A stretch of 64,000 nt of DNA. It comes from Malacoraja senta. Taxonomy: Eukaryota. Positions 50,970 through 63,329 of the stretch are shown piece after piece (position 1 is the first letter of the stretch; each line of letters opens with the position of its first letter). Both the position numbers and the translations under genes were made by a program. A model generated the notes under the pieces. It worked only from the letters and a program-made list of their open reading frames with translations. It did no database searches and was not told the origin of the DNA. The stretch is from NCBI GenBank assembly GCA_038087875.1, contig CM076001.1, positions 1,860,001-1,924,000 on the forward strand, in the 5' to 3' direction.

Positions 50970-51008
50970 CACAGTGATACGGAGCAGAGGGAGAGCTGTA
51001 CAAAAACT
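50970..51008 (+). other. 23-RSS of supporting V-delta B (CACAGTG-23-ACAAAAACT)
   Basis: Counted directly. Confidence 0.92.
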
Positions 51009-51368
51009 CAGCGTGGTGGCGTGCGAGCACACAACGCTTCAGAGCACGGGGTTGCAAACAAGAATCCTCACTATAGTGGAAACAAAGNNNNNNNNNNNNN
51101 NNNNNNNNNNNNNNNNNNNNNNNNNNNNNNNNNNNNNNNNNNNNNNNNNNNNNNNNNNNNNNNNNNNNNNNNNNNNNNNNNNNNNNNNNNNNNNNNNNNN
51201 NNNNNNNNNNNNNNNNNNNNNNNNNNNNNNNNNNNNNNNNNNNNNNNNNNNNNNNNNNNNNNNNNNNNNNNNNNNNNNNNNNNNNNNNNNNNNNNNNNNN
51301 NNNNNNNNNNNNNNNNNNNNNNNNNNNNNNNNNNNNNNNNNNNNNNNNNNNNNNNNNNNNNNNNNNNN

Positions 51369-51448
51369 TCAGACTGACAGACAGACAGAGACAGACAGAC
51401 AGACAGAGAGACAGACTGAGAGAGACAGACAGAAGACAGACAGACAGA
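51369..51448. repeat. (GACA)n microsatellite between two N gaps
   Basis: Direct sequence. Confidence 0.9.
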
Positions 51449-51699
51449 NNNNNNNNNNNNNNNNNNNNNNNNNNNNNNNNNNNNNNNNNNNNNNNNNNNN
51501 NNNNNNNNNNNNNNNNNNNNNNNNNNNNNNNNNNNNNNNNNNNNNNNNNNNNNNNNNNNNNNNNNNNNNNNNNNNNNNNNNNNNNNNNNNNNNNAACAGA
51601 CAAGGCGGGCGCCTCCATCTTCTCGCCCAAGACGCTACCCGATCCCACCGCGCGACATTTGCCCTTTGACTGACAGTTGTTTGCATGTTACTTGTCCCT

Positions 51700-53975
51700 C
51701 CTTACGGCGAGTGGGATAGTTGTTATGCGCCATCACCTACCTATTAAGACCAGCGTTCAGTTCGTCGACGTCTCCCATAAGGATGGAGCGTTCCAATTTT
51801 GTAAAATGGAAAAGGGACATTTGTGATAAGGCTGAGAAAGGCCCCGACGGCGTTCGCCGTCTGCTTATTGAGGTCATGACCATCCCGTCGGGAGGTGGAT
51901 CATGACCTGAGCCCGAACCACCCCTGCCTCCCCCATTGCGTGGGCGGGGCGTCACTGATCCTTCGCATCTCGAACAATCACAGGCGCAGTGTACCGTTGA
52001 TTCTGGCAGCTCGAGTCAACTATCTGAACTTGTGTCGGCCACCCTTCCCTTGCCCGACGTCAATACACCAGTCCGCCTGCACACCGAATGCTGCGCGGTT
52101 ACCAACGGTATGGCTGAGTGGTACATCTCCCAAAATGACACCATCAATCGATCCGCCTGCTCGGATCTCGTAAAGGTGGAAAGCACTGCCATAGCTATTC
52201 CAATGGGCCGCGGTTTGAGAAATGGAAATCGGTGGGTTACCCCTTAAACACAATTTCGGGGTGGTGCCAACCGGACTAGGCAACTAGGCAACCCCGTTTT
52301 GAGCAACAGTTGCAATGTAGGGAACTGCTCAAGCCAACAAATTGTTAATATCTCTGCTGGTCCATATACTATATGGAAGGATACAGCCGTATAAGACCAC
52401 CGGGTGGCGCCTCGATGGCAGCCTCTGCCCTGTCGTCTTTTTTATAAAATTATTTCAGTGTGTTTTAAAAGTTTGTGTTAATGTTCTCATGTTTGGTTTA
52501 TGTGGTGGGTGTGGAAGGGTGTCGTGTGAAAGCATCTCTTACCTTGCCGGAGATGCGATTGTTTTCCGGGTCGTATCTCCGGTCGCTCTGCGGCCTAACA
52601 TCATGGAGCTGGATGGTTTGCTTGGGAATGACGGACTTACCATCGGAGCCGAATCCTAGCCTGAGATAGATGCTCCAACCACGGCCTGCGGTCTTTAACA
52701 TCAAGGAGCCCCCAGTCTCGGGAGAGACCGAGCCGGGAGCTCCAAAGTCGCAGAAGCTTTCGACTAGACCCGACCCGTGGTCCGATTGCCCGGCCACGGA
52801 GAGCAGAGATCCCCCCGATGCAGGAACTTGATCGCCTCGTTCCGGAGGACCGCCGCCAGCTACGGGAGTCAAGATCGTCCCGTGAACGGAAGACTCGAGG
52901 CCCCCGACCGCGGAAGACCAATGAAGGGATGAGATTTAACTTTTCTTTCGCCTTCCATCACAGTGAGGAATGGGGAGGAGTGACTGTGGTGGATGGTTGT
53001 GTTAAAATGTATTTTTGGTTCTGTTACTTTTTGTTAGTATAATGCATGGCATATCAAATTCTTCGCATATTCTAAAATATACTTGGTTAATAACGTATGA
53101 TTATGATAATGACCGTGTATGGCACCCGATGGGAGATTCAGTCCGACAACGGGTCCCACTTTGCGGGTAACAAAGTACAACATTGGGCAATTGATATTGG
53201 GGTGCAGTGGACCCTTCACGTCAAGTATCACCCGCAAGCAGCAGGGCGGGTGGAGCGTATGAACGGCCTACAAAAAGAACAGATACTTATAGTAACTGCC
53301 TCCCACACGAGGCAGTCTTATAGCAAGAACGAAACAACAAGAACCAAAGACCCGAGGGAGGTGGGACTTCTGCCATCATAGGGAAAGAATGCTCTACTTA
53401 CAGACTGGGTGCCGGTGAAAACATTACGTATCTGGGGGGTCCACATACGGCAGCAGGTTAAGGCCTTGAATAAAGTTGGAAAAAATTTGCAAGATGAGGC
53501 CCGAGAGAGCCAATAGTGGAATTGGTGGTCTTGGGGTTTCGGAGGTTGGGGACATAATAGTCTGTACTGGTGTACAGTCCTCTGGCCGCGCCAGGAGTGC
53601 CAAGAGTGTAGAGGGGTGGAATTGAGCCCAAAGGCCGAATTCAACGGAGTTTGGGGTGTATGGGGTTAATGCGAGGTGAAATTTCGTTTTAAACAACACT
53701 TTGCATGATTACAAGGAACCAGTAAATCATAGGGAGTCTTGCAACGCCCTAAAGATAAGCTTTGCTTTCACAGAGACATCCGAGAAAAGTTTGGTGTCTG
53801 ATAGAACACATACATCACGCCATTTTGGCATGGATAGTTAGTTTAACATATAATCACCTCACATTCTTTGAGATAGAATTATTATACTGAACTTTTGATT
53901 ATTAATGTTTGTATACTCAGTAGAATTTTGTTCGGTGGGCGCTAATGTAGGCTGATGAGTCCAAGGGGTGGAGTG
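51700..53975 (+). mobile_element. Decayed class III (ERV-L-like) endogenous retrovirus: pol connection/RNase H, integrase, possible env TM and PPT
   Basis: FVKWKRDICDKAEKGPDG (51720 ORF); GSSSQLSELV..PVRLHTECCAVTNGMAEW (51936 ORF); IQSDNGSHF..QWTLHVKYHPQAAGRVERMNG (53097 ORF); WNWWSWGFGGWG near 53520; AAGGGGTGGAG-TG at 53963-53975. Interrupted by a repeat at 52345-53040. Confidence 0.7.
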
Positions 53976-54279
53976 CAGTGTAACGGTCAAACAGCCAATT
54001 TCAGCTAAAATTTAATATCTAGTTAGCAGCCAGATTAGCAGCACAGCATTCCTGAGGGGGGGCATGTGGCACGGTCTGCTCTGATAAAAAAATGCCTTGA
54101 AGGATGGTGTCCGGCTCCCATCGAGAATAGAGCCCCAGCCATGGGCGTGTCGGGAACGGTGCCAGATGATCAAGAACATGACCATCCTGCGTCGTGCTCT
54201 GCTGTGTACTCGGGATTTGCCAGTGCGTCAGACGATATACGGACATACGTGAGTGTATATCCGGTGATTTATCGAACAA

Positions 54280-54470
54280 CAGATAGATGGATAGATAGAC
54301 GAGTCGATGGGCGAGTAGATAAATCGATGGAGCATGGATGGATGGAATGACAGATGAACGGGTGGACGGGCGGACGGATGGAAGGATGGACGGATCGATG
54401 GACGGACGGACGGATGGACGGACGACGGATAGACGGATGGACGGACAGACTGACGGACGGACGTTTAGAT
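54280..54470. repeat. (GGAC/GGAT)n degenerate microsatellite
   Basis: Direct sequence. Confidence 0.9.
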
Positions 54471-55669
54471 CTATGAATGGATTTCGAAGCTTCATGGAAT
54501 TTATGGGAATGAATAAATGTCTTGACAATTACAAACGCTTACGTACAACTGGTCATGATACTGTATATCGCAATGGGCATCAACAGCAATGTCACAGGGA
54601 ACAAGGCTTCTCAGAATAACGTAGGGCAAGTCCTGCACATATATTGGGCGCGGAACGCAACCTCTTCCACCCACACCACCCCCACATGGCAGTTTATACC
54701 GCCAAACGTATTCATTCTATTTCCTAGATTGATTGATGTTTGTTGATAGGTGTCCAGAGTTAGGTATCTCGCGTTAATTGCGACTTCATTGGATGGCAGC
54801 ACATCTTTGGTGTGTAAATTATTTGCATTATTTTACCTTTGCATTCAGATATATGTATTGGGATGTATTCCCAAACTGTCTTGTAATCTACGTCATTGCC
54901 TTTCACCTGCTACTCAATGTATACAATAATTTCCATCAGGGCTTGTGTTTTCCCAATGTATCCGAGAGGCGCTACTAATGTCATCATCCAATTGGCGTGT
55001 TACATTTTCAACAAGAAAAGGAGCAAGGGTGGATCCTAACCTCGCCGAGTCAGCGGTTCCAACAAAACCGACAAGTGCCTTTTAATCATCCCTCAGTTTA
55101 ATCTTCCTCCTTCTATCCAAAAAAGCATTACAATTGTATCGCCACATGATACATTTCTCGAGTCATGTTTTCAAACAATCACGTGTCCCTTGAATCTTAC
55201 AAAAGCTGATTTAATAGCTAAAACATGCGTCCAGGAAGCACCAACCCGTCGGAAAATTAATTGAAATCAATTTAAGGGAAGTGTCGAGGACAGAAAGGGA
55301 GATGTTGAGATGCAGCCGTCTGTGGAAGATACATAGACGTGCGAGAACAGGTAATGTCGCAGTCTCTAAATATATCATAGAAAAATATATTTTTACATGA
55401 ATCCTACAGTTCCGGTGGGAGTGGGAGTTAGCGACTTGATGGAATTTCCTAGGGTCCAATCGACTCAATATATCCCATCAACTATACACTGTCCTTCTTC
55501 GCGACTGAACTAATTGTGGGCAAGGTGCAAGAAGAACAACATTTCAGGGGATGAACTAATGAATAAAATTTAGTGAAGTAAGCAGCAAACATTTTTATTA
55601 GTTTGATCTTGACGTATAATATTTGAACGAATATACTCCATACTTTATGCATTCAACCGGGCCAGGTTA

Positions 55670-56100
55670 AAAAAAACGTCAGGTTTGACGGCACTGGGCC
55701 TATATTAGCTTAACTTTAGAAGAATGATGGTGACCTCATTGAAACGTACAGAATAGTGAAAGGCTTACATAGAGTGGACGTGGGGAGGATGTTGCCACTA
55801 TTGGGAGAGGCTAGGACTAGAGGTCATCGCCTCAGAATTAAAGGATGTTCCTATTGGAAGGAGATGAGGAGGAATTTCTTTAGTCAGAGGGTGGCGAATC
55901 TGTAGAATTCGTTGCCACAGAATCCTGTGGAGGCAAAGTCATTGGATATATTGAATGAAGAGATAGAAATATTCTTGATTAGTATGGATGTCAGAGGTTA
56001 TGGGGAGGTCAGGATAATGGGGTTAGGAGAGTGTGGTAGATCAACCATGATTGAGTGGCGGTTTAGACATGATGGGCCGAATAGTACGTTCTCTTATGAT
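55670..56100 (+). mobile_element. Degenerate CR1 3' fragment
   Basis: Similar to the other CR1 3' ends in the window. Confidence 0.75.
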
Positions 56101-56137
56101 CCTTTTATCTTAGGACCATTTGTTCCTTAGTCTGCCG

Positions 56138-59100
56138 TTATCGCTGTTTCAGCAATTTTCTAATCAGTGTAAAGGGGTAGTTCAGCGCTCGGATTAGCTC
56201 ACGTCTGAACTTCCTTTGTGTCACGGTGTAAATGGCACTGTTCGTGCAGGAACTCAGCAGCTGAAGCATGATCGCAGTTTGTTGAAAAGTTGAAATTGGA
56301 TTAATGTCACTCCTACGTTTGAATGCCGCGATAATGAGAAAGATAACAAAATGTACGACAGTTGCGGCCCAGAGCAGAATAAAACTCATGGAGATTGAAA
56401 TTAGTAAAACGATGGACCGCCTACGGTTACTCATGTCCTGGTCCTTTCCTTTCTCTCCGTTGCATGAATCACGGAGCATCCTGCGGATCCGACTCGCCAG
56501 TAAAATGCGTCTGATAGTAAGCGCGTTGAACGGCAAAATCAAGCAGAATGGTATAACTGGAGTTAACAACTGTTCAGTCCAAGAAAATGCAATCCATGGT
56601 GTCCAGATATAGAATTGTGATACTAACAGGCAACCCCAATCTGGCACTTTTGGTCTGTCGTATGGAACATAGGCGAAAGCCCAGGGAATGTTCTTCAAGC
56701 AGAAGCGTGCGCTCAGTGTGACTATAATCACCGTCGCGGATCTCTTGGTGCAATATTTTGATTTTAGATGCTGCGTGGAAATGGCCACAAAAAGATCGAA
56801 AGTAAACGCGACAGTGAACCAAACTGAACAGTCTAAAGCCGCGGGAGCCAGGAAGTGCACGGATCTACAAACATAAAGGTTGAGTAAAAAAGTGTCCCGC
56901 CAATAAGCTTCGGCCACCCGATACAATATCCCATTGCAGATTATTACGGAGAGGTCCGCTGCAGCCATGGCCACCAGGTAACGAGTGATGCATTTGGATA
57001 GACCGCACTTTGCTCGGGACAGAATCACAAGCGCCACTAGGTTGACTAAAACAGAATAAAAACAATATATTTATATGATACTATATATTGTATATAACAA
57101 CAAATATGCAGTTATTGACTGGTAAATGACCAAACACATTCAATGATTCCCCTTGGTGAAGCCTGGGCGATACTTTCAGTTTTCCCTTACGTCTTACTGC
57201 AAAGGGAAAGATCGGGCCATTGCTACGGTGAAGTTGTTTGTTTCGACAGTGGACACTTGCATTGTTGAATTTCACCAATTACTTTTTCGCAGAACTGAAA
57301 TTCGAGGAACCGACAAAGCGACTGAAAACCGGTTTCGCCACCGCATGGAACCACGTGTAAACTTAATCAAAAGAGTAGAGTTCTACAGGGATCTCTGTCT
57401 TCACTTGGGCCAATTCGCCGAGCACGTTGTTGTGATGAGGCTGCACCTGCATCACGCAAACGAAACGCAAGCCTTCACGACGAGAACGAATTAGCTATAC
57501 ACAAAGACAACACATGAGGCCACGTTCGATTCTGGTGTGGCAATAGTTTGATTATGCCTGGCTTGCCAAGGCAAAAATCAATCCTGAAATAAAGTAAAAA
57601 CGTCTCAGAACATACCGGCACGTCGTGCAGCTTTGACTGTGCAGATGCAGTTTCAGGGAGTGATTGTCGTAATCATTGACCAGATGCCAATTAAAACAAG
57701 TACAGATTGCTTCTTTAAATAACTTATAAACTGCTTCACAAATGTCATCGAACCTTTCGTCCTTGTGTCGAGTCCGCTCGGTGACTCAAGACAGTTAGAT
57801 TAAATTTTGGCGATGCATTAGGGCAGGAGGTCTGTGGAATTCTCTGCTTCAGAGGGCGGTGGAGAGCGGTTCTCTGGATACCTTCAAGAGATAGCTAGAT
57901 AGGGCTCTTACAGATAGCGGAGTCAAAGGATATAGGGATAAGGCAGGAACGGGGTACAGATTGGGGATGATCAGCCATGATCACATTGAATTGCGGTGCT
58001 GGCTTGAAGGGCCGAATGGCATATTCCTGCACCTATTGTCCATTCTTTATTGTCAATTGAGGTTTAATCAAGTGCTGAGTCCACAGAAATCCAGCAACGT
58101 TAAATCAAATGAGCATCATTTAGTTGTCTGCCATTCGCTGGATTTAAACTGTGAAGCACCAATTCAAGCACCGACACGGTGGGGGTTCGGTTGAGAAAAA
58201 TGTTTGCAGAGATATTCTTGCCTCCCCCAGTCCGATCTGTGCTGCATTTTATCCAAGGCATTTCGATATCGTTTACGAATATTATTATACAACTCAACAA
58301 CTCTGCAACTCCCCCTTCTTGTGCTTACTATTTCTAGTCATTTGCTGCGTAAAACATAGCACAACACCGATGCAAAGCAGAAATAAAGGACTTCCACATG
58401 CGAAGATAGACAAAAAAATGTTGATGTAACTCAGTGGGATAGGCAGCATCTCCTGAAAGAAGGAATGGGTGAGGTTTCGGGTCGATACCTTTCTTCAGAA
58501 GATACTGACCCAGAGATGCTGCCTGCCCCACTGATGTACTCCAGCAATTTGTATATGTATTCGGTTTATATCGCCATCTGCAGTTCATTCCTACACAATG
58601 CGTCCACTCATGCGATGCTAGTATAATTTTACCGTTGGAAAGAAATTGAATGTGATAATACCATAACACTGTGGAACAATAATCGACGTCGAAAGTTAAC
58701 TCATTTCCATCTACGCGGATATACCTTGCTCTCGCATCGCCAACTTTTTTCTTTCCCTATTGTATTTCTTTTCTACGCCCACCCCATGGCTATCGGGACT
58801 ACACTTCTTCCCACCCTGCTTCTTGTAAGGACTCTATCCCCTACTCCCAATTCCTCCGTCTGCGCCGCATCTGCACCCAGGATGAGGTGTTCCAAACCAG
58901 CCGATCGAAGATGTTCTCATTCTTAGGGAACCGGGGTTCCCCTTTTCGACTATAGATGAGGCTTTCACCAAGGTCTCTTCTACATCGCGTAGCTCCGCTC
59001 TCACTGCCCATCCCCCCACTCGTAACAAGGACAGAGTCCCCCTTGTCCTCACCTTCCACCTTATCAGCTGCTACATACAACAGATAATCCTCCGACATTT

Positions 59101-59974
59101 TCGCCACCTCCAACGGGATCACACCACTGGCCACATCTTTCCATCTCCTCCCCTTTCGGCTTTCCGCAGAGACGGCTCCCTCCCAACACACTGGTCAATT
59201 CGTCCTTTCCCACCCAAACACCCCATCCCCTGGTACTTTCCCTTGCAACCGCAGGAAATGCTACACTGTCGCTTTACCCCCCCCCCCTTGACTACAGCCA
59301 AGGACCCAAGCAGTATTTCCATGTGAGGCAGAGGTTCACCTGCACCTCCTCCAACCTCAGCTATTGCATCCGCTGCTCTTGGTGTCAACTGCTCTACATC
59401 GGTGAGACCAAGCGCAGGCTTGGCGATCGCTTCGCCCAACACCTCCGCACAGTTCGCGTTAATGAACCCGATCTCCCGGTGGCTCAGCACTTCAACTCTC
59501 CATCCTATTCCGTATCCGACCTTTCTGTCCTGGTCCTCCTCCATGGCCAGAGAAAGTCCCACGGCAAATTGGAGGAGCAGCTCCTCGTATTTTGCTTGGG
59601 TAGTTAATACCCCAGCGGTAGGAACATTGACTACTCCAATTTCAGGTAGTCCTTGCTTTCTCCCTCCTTACCCTTCCCTTCCCAGCTCTCCCATAGCCCA
59701 CTGTCTCCGCCTCTTCCTTTCTTCTTCCGCACTTCCCCCACCCTCACATCAGTTTGAAGAATGGTCTCGACCCGAAACGTCACCTATTCCTTCGCTCCAT
59801 AGATGCTGCCTCATCCGCTGAGTTTCTCCAGCATTTTTGTCTACCATCAAAACGCGCATGGTATGGCATGTTGTTCATCGACGAGTTGTGCGCACGAAGA
59901 CTTACAAAAACTCCAATTGCTGCAAGAATTGGATAATACAACGATTCTACCTTCCGTATCGCATACCAACGCAT
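56138..59974 (-). CDS. GPR139/GPR142-like GPCR, two exons, possibly non-functional
   Basis: Exon 2 57045-56138 is open (NLVALVILSRAKCGLSKC..MAAADL..FTFDLFVAI..SSCTNSAIY). Exon 1 59974-59906 (MRWYAIRKVESLYYPILAAIGVF) ends in phase 0 at GTAAGT, but exon 2 needs phase 1. Confidence 0.75.
58715..59840 (+). mobile_element. Penelope-like element fragment (GIY-YIG endonuclease) in the GPCR intron
   Basis: ORF 59323-59607 (..YCIRCSWCQLLYIGETKRRLGDRFAQH..VAQHFN..). The 3' tail is shared with short copies at ~1565, 11125, 11445, 43275 and 58410. Confidence 0.85.
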
Positions 59975-62900
59975 TCTGTTGCGAGGTCAAAAGGTGTCGA
60001 TGCTGTGCGACTGACTGTAAGACGGTGATTGCAACTGTTGCCGAACCATCTCAGACGTGGGCTAATTATAGTGCAACTGAAGCATGGCTGGAACAATTAC
60101 CCATTCCGTAATGACACTACTCACGTGCTAGTTTGGATTTGAATTTTCACTCTTGTGCTTTTAAAATATTTAATCATGCGTGAAATCATGAATGGAACAT
60201 CGGTTAGTTGAACCTCTATGGAACAATCGAATCGTAATCGTTATCGTAATAAATGTATTAGCCAAGTATGTAAAAACATACAAAGAAATTGATTTTGCCA
60301 TACACTCAATATAAAAAAAGCAACAAGACATACAACTACATAAAAATTAACAAAAACACCCACCACAGCGGCTCCCTCACATTCCCCACTGTGATGGAAG
60401 ACAATAAAGTCTGATCTTCTTTTCTCCTGATCTCCCGCGATCGGGGCAGACACACCATCCGCAGTCGAGGCGATCGACGCTCCCGCAGCCGGCAATTGAA
60501 GCTCTTGCGCCGAGCGGTCGAAGCTCCTGCGACTTGCAGCTCCCGAAGTCGGTCCACAACCAGGGACCGCGAGGTGCACGATGTTAAGTACGCCAGCTCC
60601 GTGGTTGGAGCTCCCGAGGTCGATCCCTGACAAAGGGTCCGCAAGCTGAGGAATATTAGGGCGCAGTGCGGACGGAGATACGATACGAAAAAGGTCACAT
60701 CTCCATCGAGGAAAGAGATTAGAACATGTCCATCCGCCCCCCACATAATACAAAACTAAAGGTACACTAAAACATCCATTTCGCAAAGACTAAAAACAAC
60801 AAAGAGGAAATAGACGAGACAGACCGTTGGCAGAGGCAGCCATTGTTCGGCATCGCCAGCTGGGTTTAATATCTATTTTATAAATTATATTATTCTGCGT
60901 CAACCACCAGGCAGGCATTGTGAAACAGGGGAATGGAAAGTGCATCAAAGAGCACGTGTTTCCACATGGAACTGCAGTTGCCAGAATTTGAGTGAAACAC
61001 AAACAATTGGAATAGCTCAGCTGTTCCGGCAGCCTCTTATGGGGGGAATGGACAGGCGGCGACCGAACAAATACCCCAATCAATGCGTCGTTTATCTATT
61101 TTATCCAGATTTGGTTCTTGATCCGTTGAGTTACTCAAGCACTTTGTGTTTTACTCAAATGCACGTTTTACCAGGCTTTAATGCTTTGCCCTTTACTAGG
61201 CCGTCCCTACCGTCCCTACCAAAGACGCTGTCTTCAGATTACGCCATTCAATGCTATTTCGAACATATCCCGTCGTCGGCACTTTTAATCGATTTATTTA
61301 TTTCAGAGCCATAGCAATATAAGTATTGTGTAAGCTGTACTAACTTGTAAGAAAGCACATTGACTTCCTCTGGAGGAGTTGTATTCACCACATACCCTAC
61401 AAACATTACACCTACCCTGTGCATGAAATGAACAGGTCTGACTGGAACGGGTAATGACTTGTGGGATCAGGCAGCGCCAATTATGGAATGGTCGCAAGAT
61501 AAGGCTTATGGGAAATAATACACTACGGGTGCTACGACTGGATACCTATGCAGCAACACCTTGTCTGATGGACATATCTCTTTGAACACGGACTTGGTAA
61601 AGGCAACGAGTGTACAAGAAAGATCGGTGACCCGATTTCGATTCCAACATCCACAGTCTCTGTGGCAGAGGTAGAGGAGAAAAACGGATAGGATAAAGAC
61701 AACATTTGTGAGATTGATTGCTGCTGCTTAGTGTGATAATACGCTGACGATGAACCCACATGTTTCACAGATTATTATGCCTTGATATGTAAACATTCCT
61801 TCTGTCAATGTTTTCACTTTAGGGCCTCCAAGGTTGATCCTGTTAGAGATACCCACCTCAGTAAAAACGTTCTTCTATATTTGATTCCAGGATATTGTCC
61901 CCCTAATCCAGTGCCTCACTCCCTTGGTTCTAGAAGCGGCGGCTCGGGGAAACATGCTCCCTGCATCTCGTCTGCCTCTCTCTATCAGAACTATGCGTAC
62001 CAAACTCTTGTGCTCTACCATTCTATGCTCTATTGTCCGTGATATCTCATTTTGAAATATGTTCATACGCAGCTCTCGGCGTATTTGTGTTTTCAATTGT
62101 TATGGCAGAATTTTCTAACCTGCACCTTGTCCCTTTCTACTTATACGTTTGCAAGCCGCGTATTAAATGCAAAACTAAAATGTTACAAAAGCTGGAGTTC
62201 GAAGGTGGTATCACAAAGGTTCTAAACTGCATGCGAATACATGGGAATCAAAAAACAATTGACAGTTACAACCTTTTTAAGTAGACTTGATGATGGCAAG
62301 TCGCAATGCAGACCTGCAGTATTGCCACAGACATGCAGGTCTCTTGGATTAAGGTGCATATATAGTGGGCCACAGAGAGAAATCTCCCCCCACCCCCACC
62401 CACCTCCCTACCTAAACCAATCTCACATGGCATTTTATAACGGAACTGTGTTCATTCATTACCTAGATTGATGGGACATGTTTTTGGAAGTTGTTGACGG
62501 CTATAACGAATTCGTTATCTCAAGTTAGCAGTGATCCCATTGGATGTCAGCACATATTTGGCGTGTAAACTATTTATACTGTTTTCACATTGTATACAAG
62601 TATTTCCATGGATTGTATTTCCAAAGAGCTTCCTAATCCACGTCATTACCTCTCACCTCCGAATTATGTACTCGTCGCATTTCCATCAGGGCTTATGTTT
62701 TCATCTTTCCATGGAGCGCTACCAACGCCATGCTCGGCATGTGATCAACTAAGTGCTGTGTTACTTGTTCAAAGAGAAGTTAAATACTAATCACATCATT
62801 TTTCAATCATGGTACCCGCGAAGGAGGCATAATCGTAACCGACCCCGATTTAATATTTCTAATATAGCCGACCGAGGAAATGTAATCATCTCCCAATTTA

Positions 62901-63329
62901 ACCTTTCCCCATTTGTCCTCAAACATATCACAGTAGTACCGCCACTGGATATATCTCTCGAGTCATATATTCAAATAATGACTTGCTCATTGAAACGTAA
63001 ATATTTTGATTTACCTAAGAAAATATTCGTCGAGTTAACGTCTACCGGTGGTAAAGTACGCCCGCGTGATGCAAAAATAACACAGGATATAATATATGGC
63101 AGAACATAAAAACGCGAGACGTCTCTTGAGGAGATATCATTGCTGACGTTGGCATTGGACATCGATTTAATTAACATCTCGAGGGCGGAAAGGGAGATTG
63201 TAAGATATAGCAGTGTATGGTAGAAGCGGTGACGCGATCGAATGGAAAACATCACGGTCTTTAAATATCTTGGTGTAAAACGTAATTGACATAAAAACAA
63301 AGTATGCGATGGGAGTACAAGTTCGCGTA

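Noticed and set aside
52397-52410. CTCF-like CCACCGGGTGGCGC
   Set aside because: It lies at the end of an interspersed repeat and deviates at a core position, so it is weaker than the three reported motifs.
61300-61800. Possible retroviral env-like relic (stop-interrupted frame with a basic RRKT cluster)
   Set aside because: No recognisable fusion peptide, CX6CC or pol context.
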